From Torpedo marmorata (lineage: Eukaryota), in the NCBI GenBank assembly GCA_977017645.1, contig OZ360222.1, forward strand, positions 223,386,001-223,450,000: a DNA stretch of 64,000 nucleotides. The letters run 5' to 3'. A model generated the notes under the pieces. The model was not told where the DNA came from and ran no database searches. It saw only the letters and a program-made list of their open reading frames with translations. The position numbers and the translations under genes were made by a program. Below are positions 1-12,837 of this stretch, piece after piece (positions within the stretch are counted from its first letter, which is position 1; each line of letters starts with the position of its first letter).

Positions 1-126
1 TACGCTGTGTACAGTTTTTTTTTTGCACTACCAATAAGTGGTAATTCTGCCTTGCCCACAGGAAAAATAATCTTAGGGTTGTATGTGATGTCATGTATGT
101 ACTCTGATAATAAATCTGAAATCTGA
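1..126 (+). mobile_element. 3' end of a Rex-like LINE, cut by the window edge
   Basis: ttttgcact...cttagggttgtatgtgatgtcatgtatgtactctgat AATAAA tctgaaatctga tail. Confidence 0.6.
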
Positions 127-539
127 TGCTGCCTGCTCCTCCAGCAGTTTGTCTCTCTCTCTCTATAACACGATCTTAGTTGTAGTGCTTGCGATTTGTG
201 CTGCGGAGCTGGGTTATCTCCAGCCAAGCTGTTCCACCACAGTTACAAGACTACCCTCTATGTGACAAATTGCCAGGTACGTCTGCTCATAAAAATAAAA
301 TCTGTCAATTACTGTCTGTTTCTTTCACTCATCAGCAACATTATGGAAGGTGTTGCCAACAAATTGTTCATCGTCTTTGGATTCCATCAAGATCATTGCA
401 TTCTTGGTCCAAAGGACAAAAGAGCTGTATCTCTGCTGTGGCTCACCCTGTTGGTGTCGAGCTTCCTTTTTCTTCTTCCCACCCCTGCCCGCCTTTCACC
501 CTGCCATTTTAGAATTAATCTTACCTCCCATGTGACCAT

Positions 540-1162
540 AGATCAATGGCATGAATGGCACCTTTAGGAGAGGGACTGAAGGATCTCCTCACCCCAAGGA
601 TGGGAGGAAACCAGAGCACCCGGCGAAAACCCACGGAGATCAAGGGGAGAATGTACAAACAGACAGTGGCAGATTTGAACCCGGGTCACTGGGGCTGTAA
701 TAGCGTTACGCTAATCTCTATGTTAAGTTTATCATCATCCGATTGCACAAGTACAACCCGACAAAACAACATTCTCCGGTCCTTAGTGCGAAACATGCAG
801 ACACACAACCAGGCATACAGACATACACATACAGACAAACAATACATACGCAGAACAAATATACACATATAAAAATAAATACATAAATATTGTTTAGTAA
901 ATATTAGAGTCTTGAATGGTTAGTGTGAGCAGTTCCTTTGGTTGTTCAGCAATCTTATTGTCTGCGGGAAGAAGCTGTTTCTCAGCCTGGTGGTGCTGGC
1001 TCTGATACTCCTGTATCTCTTTCCCAATAGGAGTAGCTGAAAGATGCTGTGTGCGGGGTGGAAGGGGTCCTCAATGATTTTGCACGCCCTCTTCAGAAAA
1101 CGATCCTGGTAGATCATGCCGATGGGGGGAGGGAGACCATGGTTTGTTAACCATGCCACCTA
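540..1162 (-). mobile_element. tRNA-derived V-SINE (HE1-like), interrupted at 727-1144
   Basis: Contains tgggaggaaaccagagcacccggcgaaaacccac, a B-box-like gggttcaaatc on the minus strand, and the head resuming at 1151 (ccatgccacc). Confidence 0.7.
727..1144 (-). mobile_element. Rex1/Babar-like LINE 3' fragment inserted in a SINE
   Basis: EDPFHPAHSIFQLL..GKRYRSI...RNSFFPQTIRLLN. Flanked by TGTTAA at 721-726 and 1145-1150. Confidence 0.8.
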
Positions 1163-3099
1163 TGTCAAGGCAGTGAAATTAAGTCTTTTCTGTGGCTAAA
1201 TATACTTTAATTATCATAGTTACCAATAGGTTGCATTGGGCTAACTTTTGAGATGGAATTTTTTTATTGACTACAACCAGTTGCCCAGAATTTTTAAAAC
1301 CTGTGTCCTTGTCCTCCCTGATATTGTACTACATGATTCTTTTCTCATAATATTCATTGTACTCTCCTCTCCTGCTCTATATTAGTTTTTGTACCAGATC
1401 TAGACGACAGTACATCAAATAAAGCAGCATACAAAGAAAGATTGTTGATCATTTCTAGCTATGTTCTCGCCTTTTATGCTGTTCCTTTATCTTGTCATTA
1501 ATTTCCAGTGAGCCTTCTCTGAAACTGAATGTACTTTCCTTGCAGCTGTTATCCTCATATTATTCTTGTTGTGACTCAATGTGCTCCAACCCTTTCCTTA
1601 GCTGCAACTTCTACACATCATCAAATATTATTTATCTTGTACATCTTTGTCTAATAACAATTTCTCTGTTGTCAGTGGAGGTTTTCCTACCAGCAAGTCC
1701 ATTTATTTATAGCAATCAGTTTTTCTACTGCAATCTAATATCTCCTAACACATTCCAATACTTGACTGTTTTATCACAATTTTAATTACCGGTAGTATTA
1801 AATATATGACAATCAATGCTTTCTTGCATTTTGCTGCTTTCCCCAATATTCTTTTTCCATTTTTACCTGTTAGGCTTTAAGATGTATTGCCTCTTACTTT
1901 TGAAAGAATATTGAAAATAGTTATTTTTAACATTCATCTTTGGCAAACTCAAACATTTAAGAAAACAAATGTAACTGATGATATTCAACTGTTGAAAGGT
2001 CCTTTGATCTCAGTCTGTCTGCACAGAAGGACGCAAGACACAACAGCAAGGGCAGACAAGCTTTCTCAAACAGAACAATTGTGAAAGACTTGGGTGGATT
2101 TTGAAAGTCAGAATTCTTGAAATAACTGTTTCAAGACAGTTAAATAAGACAGCCCACGGGGGAGTTGTTTAATTTGAATCATTACATAAAAGTACTGTTG
2201 AAGTGAATTTGATCAGAATTGTGCTATATTCAATACTGTTAATGTATCAGTCAAGTCTCTGATTCAAAGCAACATTCGTCCAACAAGTGTAAATATTCAA
2301 TTTAGATCACTAGGGGGTGCCATTGTCACATCCCTGGGTTATGCTAGTGTGCCACCAGAAACAAGACCTCTGAATCAAATCTCATTAAAAACACATTAAA
2401 TCTAAGATGGCACCTTCAAAACACCTCATTTTGTAGCGTGCCTTTGTTTACCTCTAAAATTTCATGGTCTGGAGATTTGATGATTTGGTGTATGTTTTCC
2501 GAATGCAACAGAATTTAATTGAAGAAAAAAACTGCTAAATATAATTGCTATCTTAGAGAGAGAACAAGGTGTATATTTAATATTTTTTTATCATTTGGCT
2601 CCACACGTCATGACTATGTACCTGAAGCACTGAGAAAATGCAGGAGTGTTGTGCAACCCACAAATGATGCCTTCCCTGTGAAACTGAATACCACCATTGT
2701 GGAATGCGCACAAGAAATCAGGTTTGAAGAGCAGGAACAAGCAGTAGGAATGAGGATGATGAGATAAGGACTACTCCATGTACCCAACGAAGAGACAGCT
2801 ATGACGTAGGCTATGAAGCAAGGACAGTTCCGTGCATCCAAAACGCTCTATTCATGTACTTTTCAACGGGATTATCAATTACTTGCAGATTTGCTGCTGA
2901 ATTATTTAAAGCCGAACTCCCTGGGCACAGCCACTGTACATTTTGGAACTGTAGTGCCAAAGGATATTGGAAAGCATTTTAGAAGCGAAGCTGCCTATTT
3001 TGTGAAAAGGGCAATGTGTGTGATCCCACTGGACCTCCAACAAGGACCTAGGGTGGAGCAGGTTAATGGAGGATGGATGCATGGCTCTGATCTGGTGAG

Positions 3100-3325
3100 A
3101 CTATCCTTCAAGAGATTTCCAGGCTTCACGGCCCTACCTCACCCTGCTCAAGGAGACATGCAACGAAGGGTTTTAAGTCAGTGGCTATGGAGATACGCCA
3201 TCCTTTAAACAGAGCTCCTACCCCTGTTGCAACCACTCTATCTGGGAGTGAAGGGCTTTGTTGCAACAAACTTTCAAGCTTCTGGTTCATTCCAAGCAAC
3301 TATGGATGATATAAACCATGTCTTT
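3100..3325 (+). mobile_element. Decayed PIF/Harbinger transposase fragment
   Basis: Around 3248-3310 it translates VKGFVATNFQASGSFQATMDD, similar to the VALNFYASGSFQ motif of HARBI1-like transposases. Confidence 0.45.
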
Positions 3326-4269
3326 CTCTACTGTAGAGAAACACAAGAAATGCTGAAACCTTGAGCAAACAAAGATAAGCCGGGGGGGGCCCAACAGGTT
3401 AGGCAGCATCCATGGAGAGCAATGGACTGTCAACATTTCAAGGGCTTCCTCTGTTCTCTTTGATTGGAGAGTATCAGCAAAATGGGCACACAGAGCTGCC
3501 AGTTTCTAGGTGTGTGAAAAGTTCGGGAGTGAAAGGTCCCACCCTTGTGAAGCTCTGAATTCAATGTGCCAACCACTTATTCAGTCTGCCTATGGCCGTC
3601 TGCTTAAGCCCAGTTTCAGCTCCACTGCCAGAGGCTAGTCCCTCTGTCCAGGGCATCTCGCTCCAGTGCAGACTTCTGTGTTGAGAAGAAGAATTACGAT
3701 CATAGCCACAGGAGCATGATATTGCTACCATCTCTTGCCCACTGGATGGCAGCGGGAAGAAAAGGAGGAGGTGAAAGAGGCTGAAGTATAAAGTGGCAGA
3801 AAGCAGAAAAGAAATGTCCTCTCAAATGTTAAATTTACGTCGCTCCACTCAATACTTGGCAATAACTTCATTACTGTGTCTGCAAAAGTGTGGTGAAGAC
3901 AGGTTACCTTTCAACCACTTCTGTTTGTCACAATAACGTACTTTGCACCAGTGTTCCACAGTTCTGAGGGAATTTGTATGTGATTTCAAAGACAGCTTTA
4001 CGTTATTCTGAGAACAGAAACCTACATTTTCATTCCACTCAGCTCAATCCCTCATTTCTTTGTCTGGTACAAGGATGATGATAATGACTATACAAATGCA
4101 CTTACTACAGTTGCTCTGAATGAGATTGTATCACCTTTGCTGCCAATCTCCTCCCTGCTCTCACCTTCAGGTGGTACATCTCTAAGTCACCAGCAGCAAT
4201 GTAAAGCGATGGTTCCCCAGTGGACATTCTAGTTCACACTTCCATTGTCACCAATTCATGTTCACTTTC

Positions 4270-4830
4270 CTACGACATGTAAGATCTGTCCTTTCATCTC
4301 ATGCAGCAACAAAGCACTCTTTCCAGTGAAGCAGCAATTTACGTGTTGTTCTTCCAGTTTATTAAGCGGTTTCCCCTTGACTGGGGAGATGAAATGCAGA
4401 TAGGATTATGGAACATTTCCACCTATAGTCTGCCATCCTGTAACTGAGTTTCCTGTCAGCTGTCACTCTATTTCTCCATTCCACCCCCATTCTATCCTCT
4501 GTGTTGACCTTTAACAATTCCAACAAGGCAAACACAATTTCTTCCCAATAGATACATAGCAGCCTTCCAAGACTCAACGTTGAATGCAACAAATTCAGAT
4601 AATCAGCATATTCAGCACTGTTTTCCAGATTTTCAATATTTCTTCCTTATTACTTTGGGGTTGCAATGTAACATTCTGCATTTATACCACCTCTAGATTT
4701 CTAGATCTAATTTCTCTTCCATTCCTTTCTTTTTATTCTCTTTCCCTACCCCTTCCTTTGCATTTTAAACTATGTTTGTCTGTAACTATTCTCAACTTTC
4801 ATTCAATGTCCTTGACTAAAAGATTAACAC
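4270..4830 (+). mobile_element. Highly decayed Penelope-like fragment
   Basis: Same nucleotide layout as 19650-20260 (…cctgtcagctgtcact…ctcaacgttgaatgcaacaaattcaga plus a pyrimidine tract). No intact ORF. Confidence 0.45.
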
Positions 4831-7114
4831 TAAGCTTCTGTGAGTTTGCACCATTTCATCAATGGACATCAGAAGCTGAATGAGGCTTTCTTCTCAAGAC
4901 AGAGAAAATCAATGATCCACACCAGCAAGAGAGACCATGACAGCTAACACTTTGGCACAAATTAAGGTATGCTCGATAACACCCAGCGTCTCACTTGGAT
5001 GAAAACCCTTCCTTTCTTATGCTTTTGCTCATTGGCTGTGTTTGAGTTCCCCTGATAACTGCAAGGATTCCTCACCACAAGAGGCCAACTGTAATGCTGA
5101 TTTTCCCACCCATGAATGACAATGAATATTGTTGCTGTTCTTAAGTAAGACCATAACATCTAGTCTTCAAGGTTGCTGTTTAGACAAATCTAGACTCGAA
5201 AATTTCTCACACAGTGACAGAGTTGTAGTGACCCTGTTGTATCAATTAAGTAGGAGTATGCGTTTATTGTCATATACTGTACATAAGTACAGAGGCACCA
5301 AATTTGTTACTTGCTGCAGATGATAGTACAAATTAAAAGACCAGAATATACCATGAGACAGAAAAAGAGATAATAACTATAAAAGGATGGATAAATAAAT
5401 AAATATCCACTGCAAATATTCAAAGTATGAATATAGTATGAATGAAGGGAAACGTGAGTACCCATTGTGGTGCAATCCCTCTGTTCCTAATCATCTCAGA
5501 ATTTGATTTGCATGAATCATGAAAGGTAGATAGAAGCAAATCAATATATCAAACCATTTTACCCATCCAATCCAGGCCAAAACCATGCTATCTGACTGAT
5601 CATCCTTGTGCATTCACTAACTGTTTCTTGAGTGTGTCCATGCCTTTCCTATTGCTCCACATGACTGCTGCCAATGGAATGTGAGAAGGGGTTTGAGATA
5701 TCATCCTCAATCATATCAGATCCTCTGCTTCCCACTGGCTCTGCAGAATCTAGGCCTATTACTGTGTCTCCAGCACTCTATCCTTTAGTTGACTTGGCCT
5801 ATTGACTGGCCCCTGCCAGTTTGTTGTAGGAAGGATAGCTGAGGAAAGAGAACTCATGATCTTGTTGCAGCATGTAGGTGTGTGCATTGCCTGCTATTGT
5901 TGAATAGCTCCAAGTGTGCATAAGGTATTTGTGTTATATACCTGTGTAAACCTGTGACTGCGGCAATGCAGTGAGTGTTGATTGTAAGGGAGTATTACTA
6001 ATATCATCAGTCTTCTGGTATTGCTCCATGAAGTGGGTTCTCTGGCCACCGGCTCTATTAGGGGGGACGTTCAGCCCATTGAGTTCATACAGGCTCTCCT
6101 GCTTTCTGAGTGTGCAGGATGTTTGCTGTCTGCCTGATGAGGACGTTGAGGTCAATGTCGGTTAGCAGGGTGTCCACTCTCGGGTCAGTGCTGCCAACTT
6201 TCTCATCAGTGCCCTCCAAGATGCACAATGACTAAATGCCCCTGAAGTGCTTGTCCTCGACCGTGGGCAGGCTTGCCGCCCCGAGCTGCATCTTTTTACC
6301 CACGCATTCACTGGTAGTTGAATTTCTAAGCCTACATCTTTACAGCAAATGAACACAATTCGGATTTTATTCTGAATACTGTCCAACTAATTTAATGATG
6401 GAATCATTGTGATATATTTTTTCATATTTTCTTACAACATAGAGGGAGGACGTTCAGCCCATTGAGTTCATACAGGCTCTCCAAGCCATCCCATGATGAC
6501 TCAAAGAGATGAAATCTATTCAGTCTCATTTGTCTTTCTTTTAACCATTTATTGTACTCATATTTTATTTACTGATCAGATTTAGTTTCTCATGGAATGG
6601 GTTTATTTTTGACTCTAACTCATCTCACAGCTGTCTGTACATCTAAACTATTCCCCAATAGGAATCCCTCTGGTTCTTGTAGAGGGTCTTGCCCCCATTT
6701 ATTACACCCTGCCTTGAACTGGCAATCCACTAGGAGTAGGCTCAGTATTTGCATTTGGGAACCTCCAGTGGCCTTTGCAATGGACCAAGAAGCTTTTCTG
6801 TGGCCAAAGGGTATGACTGCTGTTGCTGTAGTCTTTAGCTGGCTGCAGCAACTATCCATGGTTGCCTACCACTGGGGATCTGGGGGAGCCAAGGAAATCC
6901 TTTTAAACGTTATGACATTTGATTTGGCACATGCGTTGGGAGCAATTGTTATCTCTGTGAAAAATTGGATATGGCCATCTAAAATGGAACAATCTCTTCC
7001 CTCTCCTGACATCTGGATTGTTAAGGTGCTCCTGGTAGGGAATGTTGAATGGCATCATTAGTATGTAATGTGAATGCACCAGTCCAATCGAATATTCTGT
7101 TGCCATATCTGAGA

Positions 7115-8212
7115 AATGAGATTTTATTATCATACACACAAGTACAATATACAGAGGCACTTAAATTCTTCTTGTTTGCTATAGCATCACAGGTACATAA
7201 AATACACTAACACAATAAATTAAATTACCACATAAGAGAGAAGAATATCAGAAATTGAAAGATCAGTAATTGGGCGGCATGGACTCGTGGGCTGAAATGG
7301 CCTGTTACCGTGCTGTATGCCTAAAATTTATATAGAAGGATAGATAAATATTCACAGTTGCATTTAGTGTAAAAAAAAAGGTGATCTCACAATAGTGTTG
7401 ACAGAATTTTGGTCCTGGAGTAGCTTGTGGTTAGGATAGTGCGTGAAAATTCAGGAGCCTGAAAGCTGTTGGAAAAATAAATTGTTCTTGAATCTAGAGG
7501 TTCTGGACTTCAAGCTTCTGCACCTTCTGACTGAAGGTAGCGGCGAGGTGAGAAAGGGATTTCTTTATGATGTTGGCTGTTTTCTTGAGGCGTTGCCTCA
7601 TGTAGTTCTTTCCAATGGACAGGAGGTCAGTGCCTGTGATGGACTTGGCTAGGTGTGCCACTTAAGGCAGCCTTATGCATTCTTGGGCACTCCAGTTTCC
7701 AAACCAGGCCATGATGCAGCCAGTCAGTATACTTTCCATACCACTTCTGTAGTGTTTGATGACATGCTGAATCACTTTAAGGACACCTTAGAACAGGGAC
7801 AGGCAACCTTTTACCATTTGTGGGCCGGATGGTGTGTCAGTAGTTGAACGACTGGCCGGTCGGGGGGGGGGTGGGGGGGGGGCGGCAGCGTCGCTGGACG
7901 GGGTGGGGTGGGGTGGATAAATTTGGATTTGGTCCGCCTTAGAAAGTAGAAATGTTGGTGTATCTTCTTCATGGTTGCCTTAATGTGCTGGATCCAGGAA
8001 AGGTCTTCTGTTATTTGGATGTCCAAGAACTTGAAGTGATTGACCCTTTGCACTGCCATCCTGTCAATGAAGGTAGGTGTGTGCTCCCTCGACGTCCCTT
8101 GCTCAATTAGCTCCTTGGTCTTACTGACATTGAGACCAACATTGTTGTTCTGGCACCACGCAAACAGATTCTCGGTCTGCATCCTATCATCTGACTCTTC
8201 ATTGCTCGTCAC
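7115..8212 (-). mobile_element. Decayed Rex1/Babar-like LINE fragment with nested insertions
   Basis: ORF 7811-8212 has WCQNNNVGLNVSKTKELI...FKFLDIQITEDLSW...HFYFLRR. A short CR1-like tail lies at ~7270-7325 (+) and a MITE at 7794-7936. Confidence 0.7.
7794..7936. mobile_element. hAT/Charlie-like MITE remnant inside a LINE fragment
   Basis: Starts CAGGGACAGGCAACC, with an 8-bp direct repeat CCTTAGAA at 7786-7793 and 7937-7944. The right TIR is absent. Confidence 0.65.
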
Positions 8213-9175
8213 TACTCATCATTCCAGAAGTCCCTGAAGTGAAGGTGAGACTACGGGACCAACCCAATGATTTCTCATATCCCTATGTCTCATTCCTCTC
8301 ATAACTTTCTGGTAAAGTAAATACCCAATGTGACATTTTAGTTGGATGTCTGTTTATAATTTTCTGTGAAAAAAATGTGGATGAAATTAAGGAGTAAATG
8401 GGAGAATTTGATGAATAGCACTTAAGAACAATCCACCTTCATACCCTACCCTCTACAATGTTAGAAAGTGATGTAATTCTGGCTTTAGATAGTCGGAAAG
8501 GACAGAGAGATCAGATGATGTTTCATGAAGCTGAGGAATGAGTATCTGCAAAGAGTGGGAGCTCAATAGGCAAACTAATCCCATTTGAGCTCTTATTTTT
8601 ATAAATTACCATGAAGAAATATCACTTCATTGTAATGTTATAGGTGGAACTTCGTAATATTCAACCGGAAAAAATTAATAATGTGTATAATAAGTGCATT
8701 ATACACCTATGCATTTTAATAATTGATTGGTTGTATGATTGCCATCCCTTGGGGTCAAACTTTGAGTCTATTCCTAAAATATAATAATGCTGGTAAGGTT
8801 CCCATTTATTGGGCAGCCTAATTTCCCTGTGAAGATGAACCTTCTTCTTAAACCACAAGTGTTTTGATACAACTGAACACTTCAGCGTGAGACCACTTCA
8901 GAGAGCAGTCAGACATCAGTCATGTCTGTGGGGGGAAGAGGTGGGGGTGCTTGAAGTCACAGCTGGATTAACCCAAATATGGAGAGCATATTTCCTTCCT
9001 TTGAAATGCAAATTTAAATAGTTATCTAAAATTGTTGGACTGGGGGCGTGGCATGATGGCATAGGCTGGAGACGTGAGAATACACCTCTCCCAACAGAAT
9101 TAATTAAAAACTGTTTAAAAAAAAACCTTTAATTTGCTATTAAAGAATTTAAGATTGTTTGTTAACTTTTGAAGA

Positions 9176-10604
9176 ATGTCTATAAGAAAAGGGAAAGAAC
9201 AAAAGTTAAAGAAAACAGTGATTAATGAAAGAGTAATGGAAGTAGAAGTTGGGCCTACCTCCGTGATGGAGCCTCGAGATTGGCTTCCTCTCCCTCCCAG
9301 GACGACGCGGGCGAAGACGGCCAAGTTGATAGTAGTGCCAGCGCCACCTTCCCGGGGAGCCGGGGACGATGGCGCTGGAGCTCGAAGGAAGACTGGAGAA
9401 CTACAGAGAGAGAAAGAACAAACGTGCATGCGCGAAATGGCACGCGTGTGCAAAAAGCCAAGGAAGAATCTATCAGTCAATTCAATACAGTGTTGGAGAA
9501 GATGGAGGGAGAAAGAGGAGAGTGTATGAGGAAATGGAGAGAGAAGTAGAAGAGATGGAGGGAGAGGAAAGAGAAATAAGTGGAGGAGAGGAAACTCAGT
9601 TATTTCAAGGTAAACAAGAAATATCAGCTACTTTTATTCAAGCTATAAATTACAAAACAAGTGTCTACAATGAATCAACGTATGGAATATGGATTTACAG
9701 CTATAGACAGTAATCTTACTGTGTTTAAGGAAGAAATGAAAGACATTAAATATGATATGAAAAAATGTGCAACTGCTGTGGATAAAGTAACACTGAAAAT
9801 CCAGAAAGTTGAAAACGAGGTTAAAGAATGTCGTGAAGAAATGGTGGACTGCAAAGATACAATGGATAAAATGGAAGATTCATTTACAGGCTGGGAACAA
9901 CAAAGAAATGAACTTTTACAAAAAATAGATACATTGGAGAATCATAGTCGGAGAAATAATGTTAAAATTGTGGGATTGCCCGAAGATTATGAAGGGATAA
10001 ATTCAACTGAATTCTTTCAAAATTGGATTCCAAAAACTTTGGGTAGTGAAAATTTCCAAATGGACTTGAATTAGATAGAGCCCATAGAGATAACAGAAGG
10101 AAATCATATCCTGGACAAATGCCATGCTCAGTGTTAATTAGATGACTTCGTTACTAGGGTAAAGAGAAGATACTGAGATTAGCTGTTCAAAATGCTAGAA
10201 AGAACCAAGGTCCATTGATGATCAATAAAAACAGGGTATTTTTTTATGCTGATCTAAGCGCAGCAATAATTAAAAAACGAAAAGAATTTAACCCAGCCAA
10301 AGCAATTTTTTGGAACAAAGGATATAAATTTTCATTTAGATATCCTGCGATATTGAAGGTACAGTCTGGACAGAATCAGTCATCTTTTTTTACTGACCAT
10401 CAAGAAGCTTTGAAGTATGCTAATTCACTCCTAAATTTAAAGAAAGATCAAGAATTGATTGGGCAACCTCAAGTTATTATGGAACCGACTCAGGACTTGT
10501 TTCCATCAAGAGAGAAATTTCAAGTAACTTCAGGACAAGAAGATGTAGTCGAAATAGAGGATGATCAAGTTAACAGAGATCTTGAAAATGCTGTATTTGA
10601 ATAA
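9176..10604 (+). pseudogene. L1 ORF1p remnant (coiled coil and RRM/CTD), frameshifted
   Basis: ORF fragments with heptad-rich sequence, LENHSRRNNVKIVGLPE, and FYADLS...KRKEF...FRYPAILKV motifs typical of L1 ORF1. The start position is uncertain. Confidence 0.8.
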
Positions 10605-12345
10605 AGAAACGATAACAAATATTATGAAAAATCTGTTTGGGGGTGGACTTTTTGTCTTCTCCGCACCTAACCACACGTCTCCTTAGTAGTGAGGGCCACT
10701 TCCCGAACAGTAGAGGGTGGTAGTACCAGTATAAATATACCAGTATTATTATATATATTTTTTTCTTATTTAAATATAGTGGGATTTTTAACTTTTTTTA
10801 TTTCTTCCTTTTCTTTCTTTTCTAAGGAGATGTCAAATATATTACAAATGTGGAAGGGGGAACCAGTCGGTCGGATAGAGAGAGACTTCTTAAATATTAG
10901 AAATGGCAGATAGTAAATCAATAAATGTAGTAAGTATTAATATAAATGGGCTAAATAATCCGATTAAAAGGAAGAAAACTTTAGCATATATTAAAAATTG
11001 AAAAGTTGATATAGATTTTTTACAAGAGACACATTTGACAGAAATAGAACATCAGAAGTTGAAAAGAGAATGGGTTGGTCAAGTGGTAGCGTCTTCATTT
11101 AATTCTAAAGCAAAAGGAGTTGCTATATTAATTAATAAAAAGTTACCTTTTAAAATACAATCTGTGGTTATAGATGTTGCAGGAAGATTTGTCTTAATAA
11201 ATTGTCAAATATATTCAGAAATGTGGACACTTATGAATATATATGTGCCAAATATGGAAGATGAACCATGTATTCAAGACTCTTTTATGAACTTGTCGGA
11301 AGCAAATGATAATATTTTAATTGGTGGAGATTTTAATTGTTGTTTAGATCCAATAATGGATAAAACATTGAAATTAATTATTAGAACTAAAACTGCTAAA
11401 ATAATTCTTACTTTGATGAAAGATTTGAATTTAATAGATATTTGGAGGAAGTTGAATCCAAAAGAAAAAGACTATTCCTTTTATTCTTTTAGACATAATT
11501 CTTATTCGAGAATAGGCATGTTTTTATTGTCATCACAATGAGAAGACAGGGTGACTCAAGCGCAATATAAAGCTAGAATAATTTCTGATCATTCACCTCT
11601 TTTAATGTCATGTATAATTCCAGAAAAAGAAAAAATGATATATAGATGGAGATTTAATTCTTCCTTATTGAAACTAATGGATTTTTGTAATTATATAAGA
11701 AGAGAAATTCAAGAATTTTTACAGATTAAATCTAATTCGACTAATAATAAATTTATTATTTGGGAAGCTTTAAAGCTTTAAGAGGTCAAATAATGTTATT
11801 CAGCAAAAGTTAAGAAGGAATATATTTAGGAATTGGATAATCTGGAGAGGGAGATTGAGTTTTTGGAGAAAGATTTGCAAGAAATAGGAACAGAAGTAAA
11901 GAGAAAAACTTTAATTGAGAAAAAATTGCAGTATAATATGTTACAAACATATAAAATTGAAAGAACTAAGCAAAGATATTACAAACTGGGAGAAAGAGCT
12001 CATAACGTGTTAGCGTGGCAACTAAAGAAAGAACAAATTTCTAGAATTATAAGTGCTATAAAAAAGAATTCAAATAAAATAACATATAAACCTCGAGAAA
12101 TAAATGATTAATTTAAGGAATTTTATTTCAATTTATATAAATCTCAAACTGATAAAGATGAATCTAAAATTAATGAATTTTTATCTAAAATTAAGTTACC
12201 TAGATTAAATACCCAAAGTAAAAAATTTTTAGATGCATCATTTACGATGAGAGAAGTTAATGATGCTCTTAGTTCTTTAACAAGTGGAAAGTTTCTGGGG
12301 GAAGATGGTTTCCCATCAGAATTTTATAAGGAATTTAAAGATCTA

Positions 12346-12458
12346 TTTTTATTTATTTTTTTTTAAAACATTATTTTAAATTTTTGAATTTTTCACACAG
12401 TAGTACAATATATGTAATATACATCATTAACTCCAGTAAATAAAAAAACATAATTTGT
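12346..12458 (-). mobile_element. Short antisense retroposed 3' tail (L1-like) inserted in L1 ORF2
   Basis: A T-rich tail and AT-rich segment interrupt EFYKEFKDL|IPPYIEVLKQ. The reverse complement resembles an L1 3' end. Boundaries are approximate and no clear TSD is seen. Confidence 0.6.
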
Positions 12459-12837
12459 ATACCTCCATATATAGAGGTGTTAAAACAAATAACAGACTCT
12501 CATTCTCTACCGGAAACATTTTCAAATGCAATAATAACAGTTATACCTAAAAAAGATAGAGATTTGATGAAAAGAGAATCATATAGACCAATTTCATTGT
12601 TAAATGTGGATTATAAGATAATGGTGAAAATTTTAGCAAATAGCAAGATATTTACCAGATTAAATTCATGCAGATCAAGCAGGTTTTATTAAGAATAGAA
12701 ATTCAAAGGATAATATTGCCAGATTGATTAGTTTAATAAATGTGGCACAAAAGAAAGAGGAATTAGCACTAGTATTAATATTAGATTCCAAAAAGGCTTT
12801 TGATAGATTAGAATGGAATTATTTATTTAAAGTGTAA

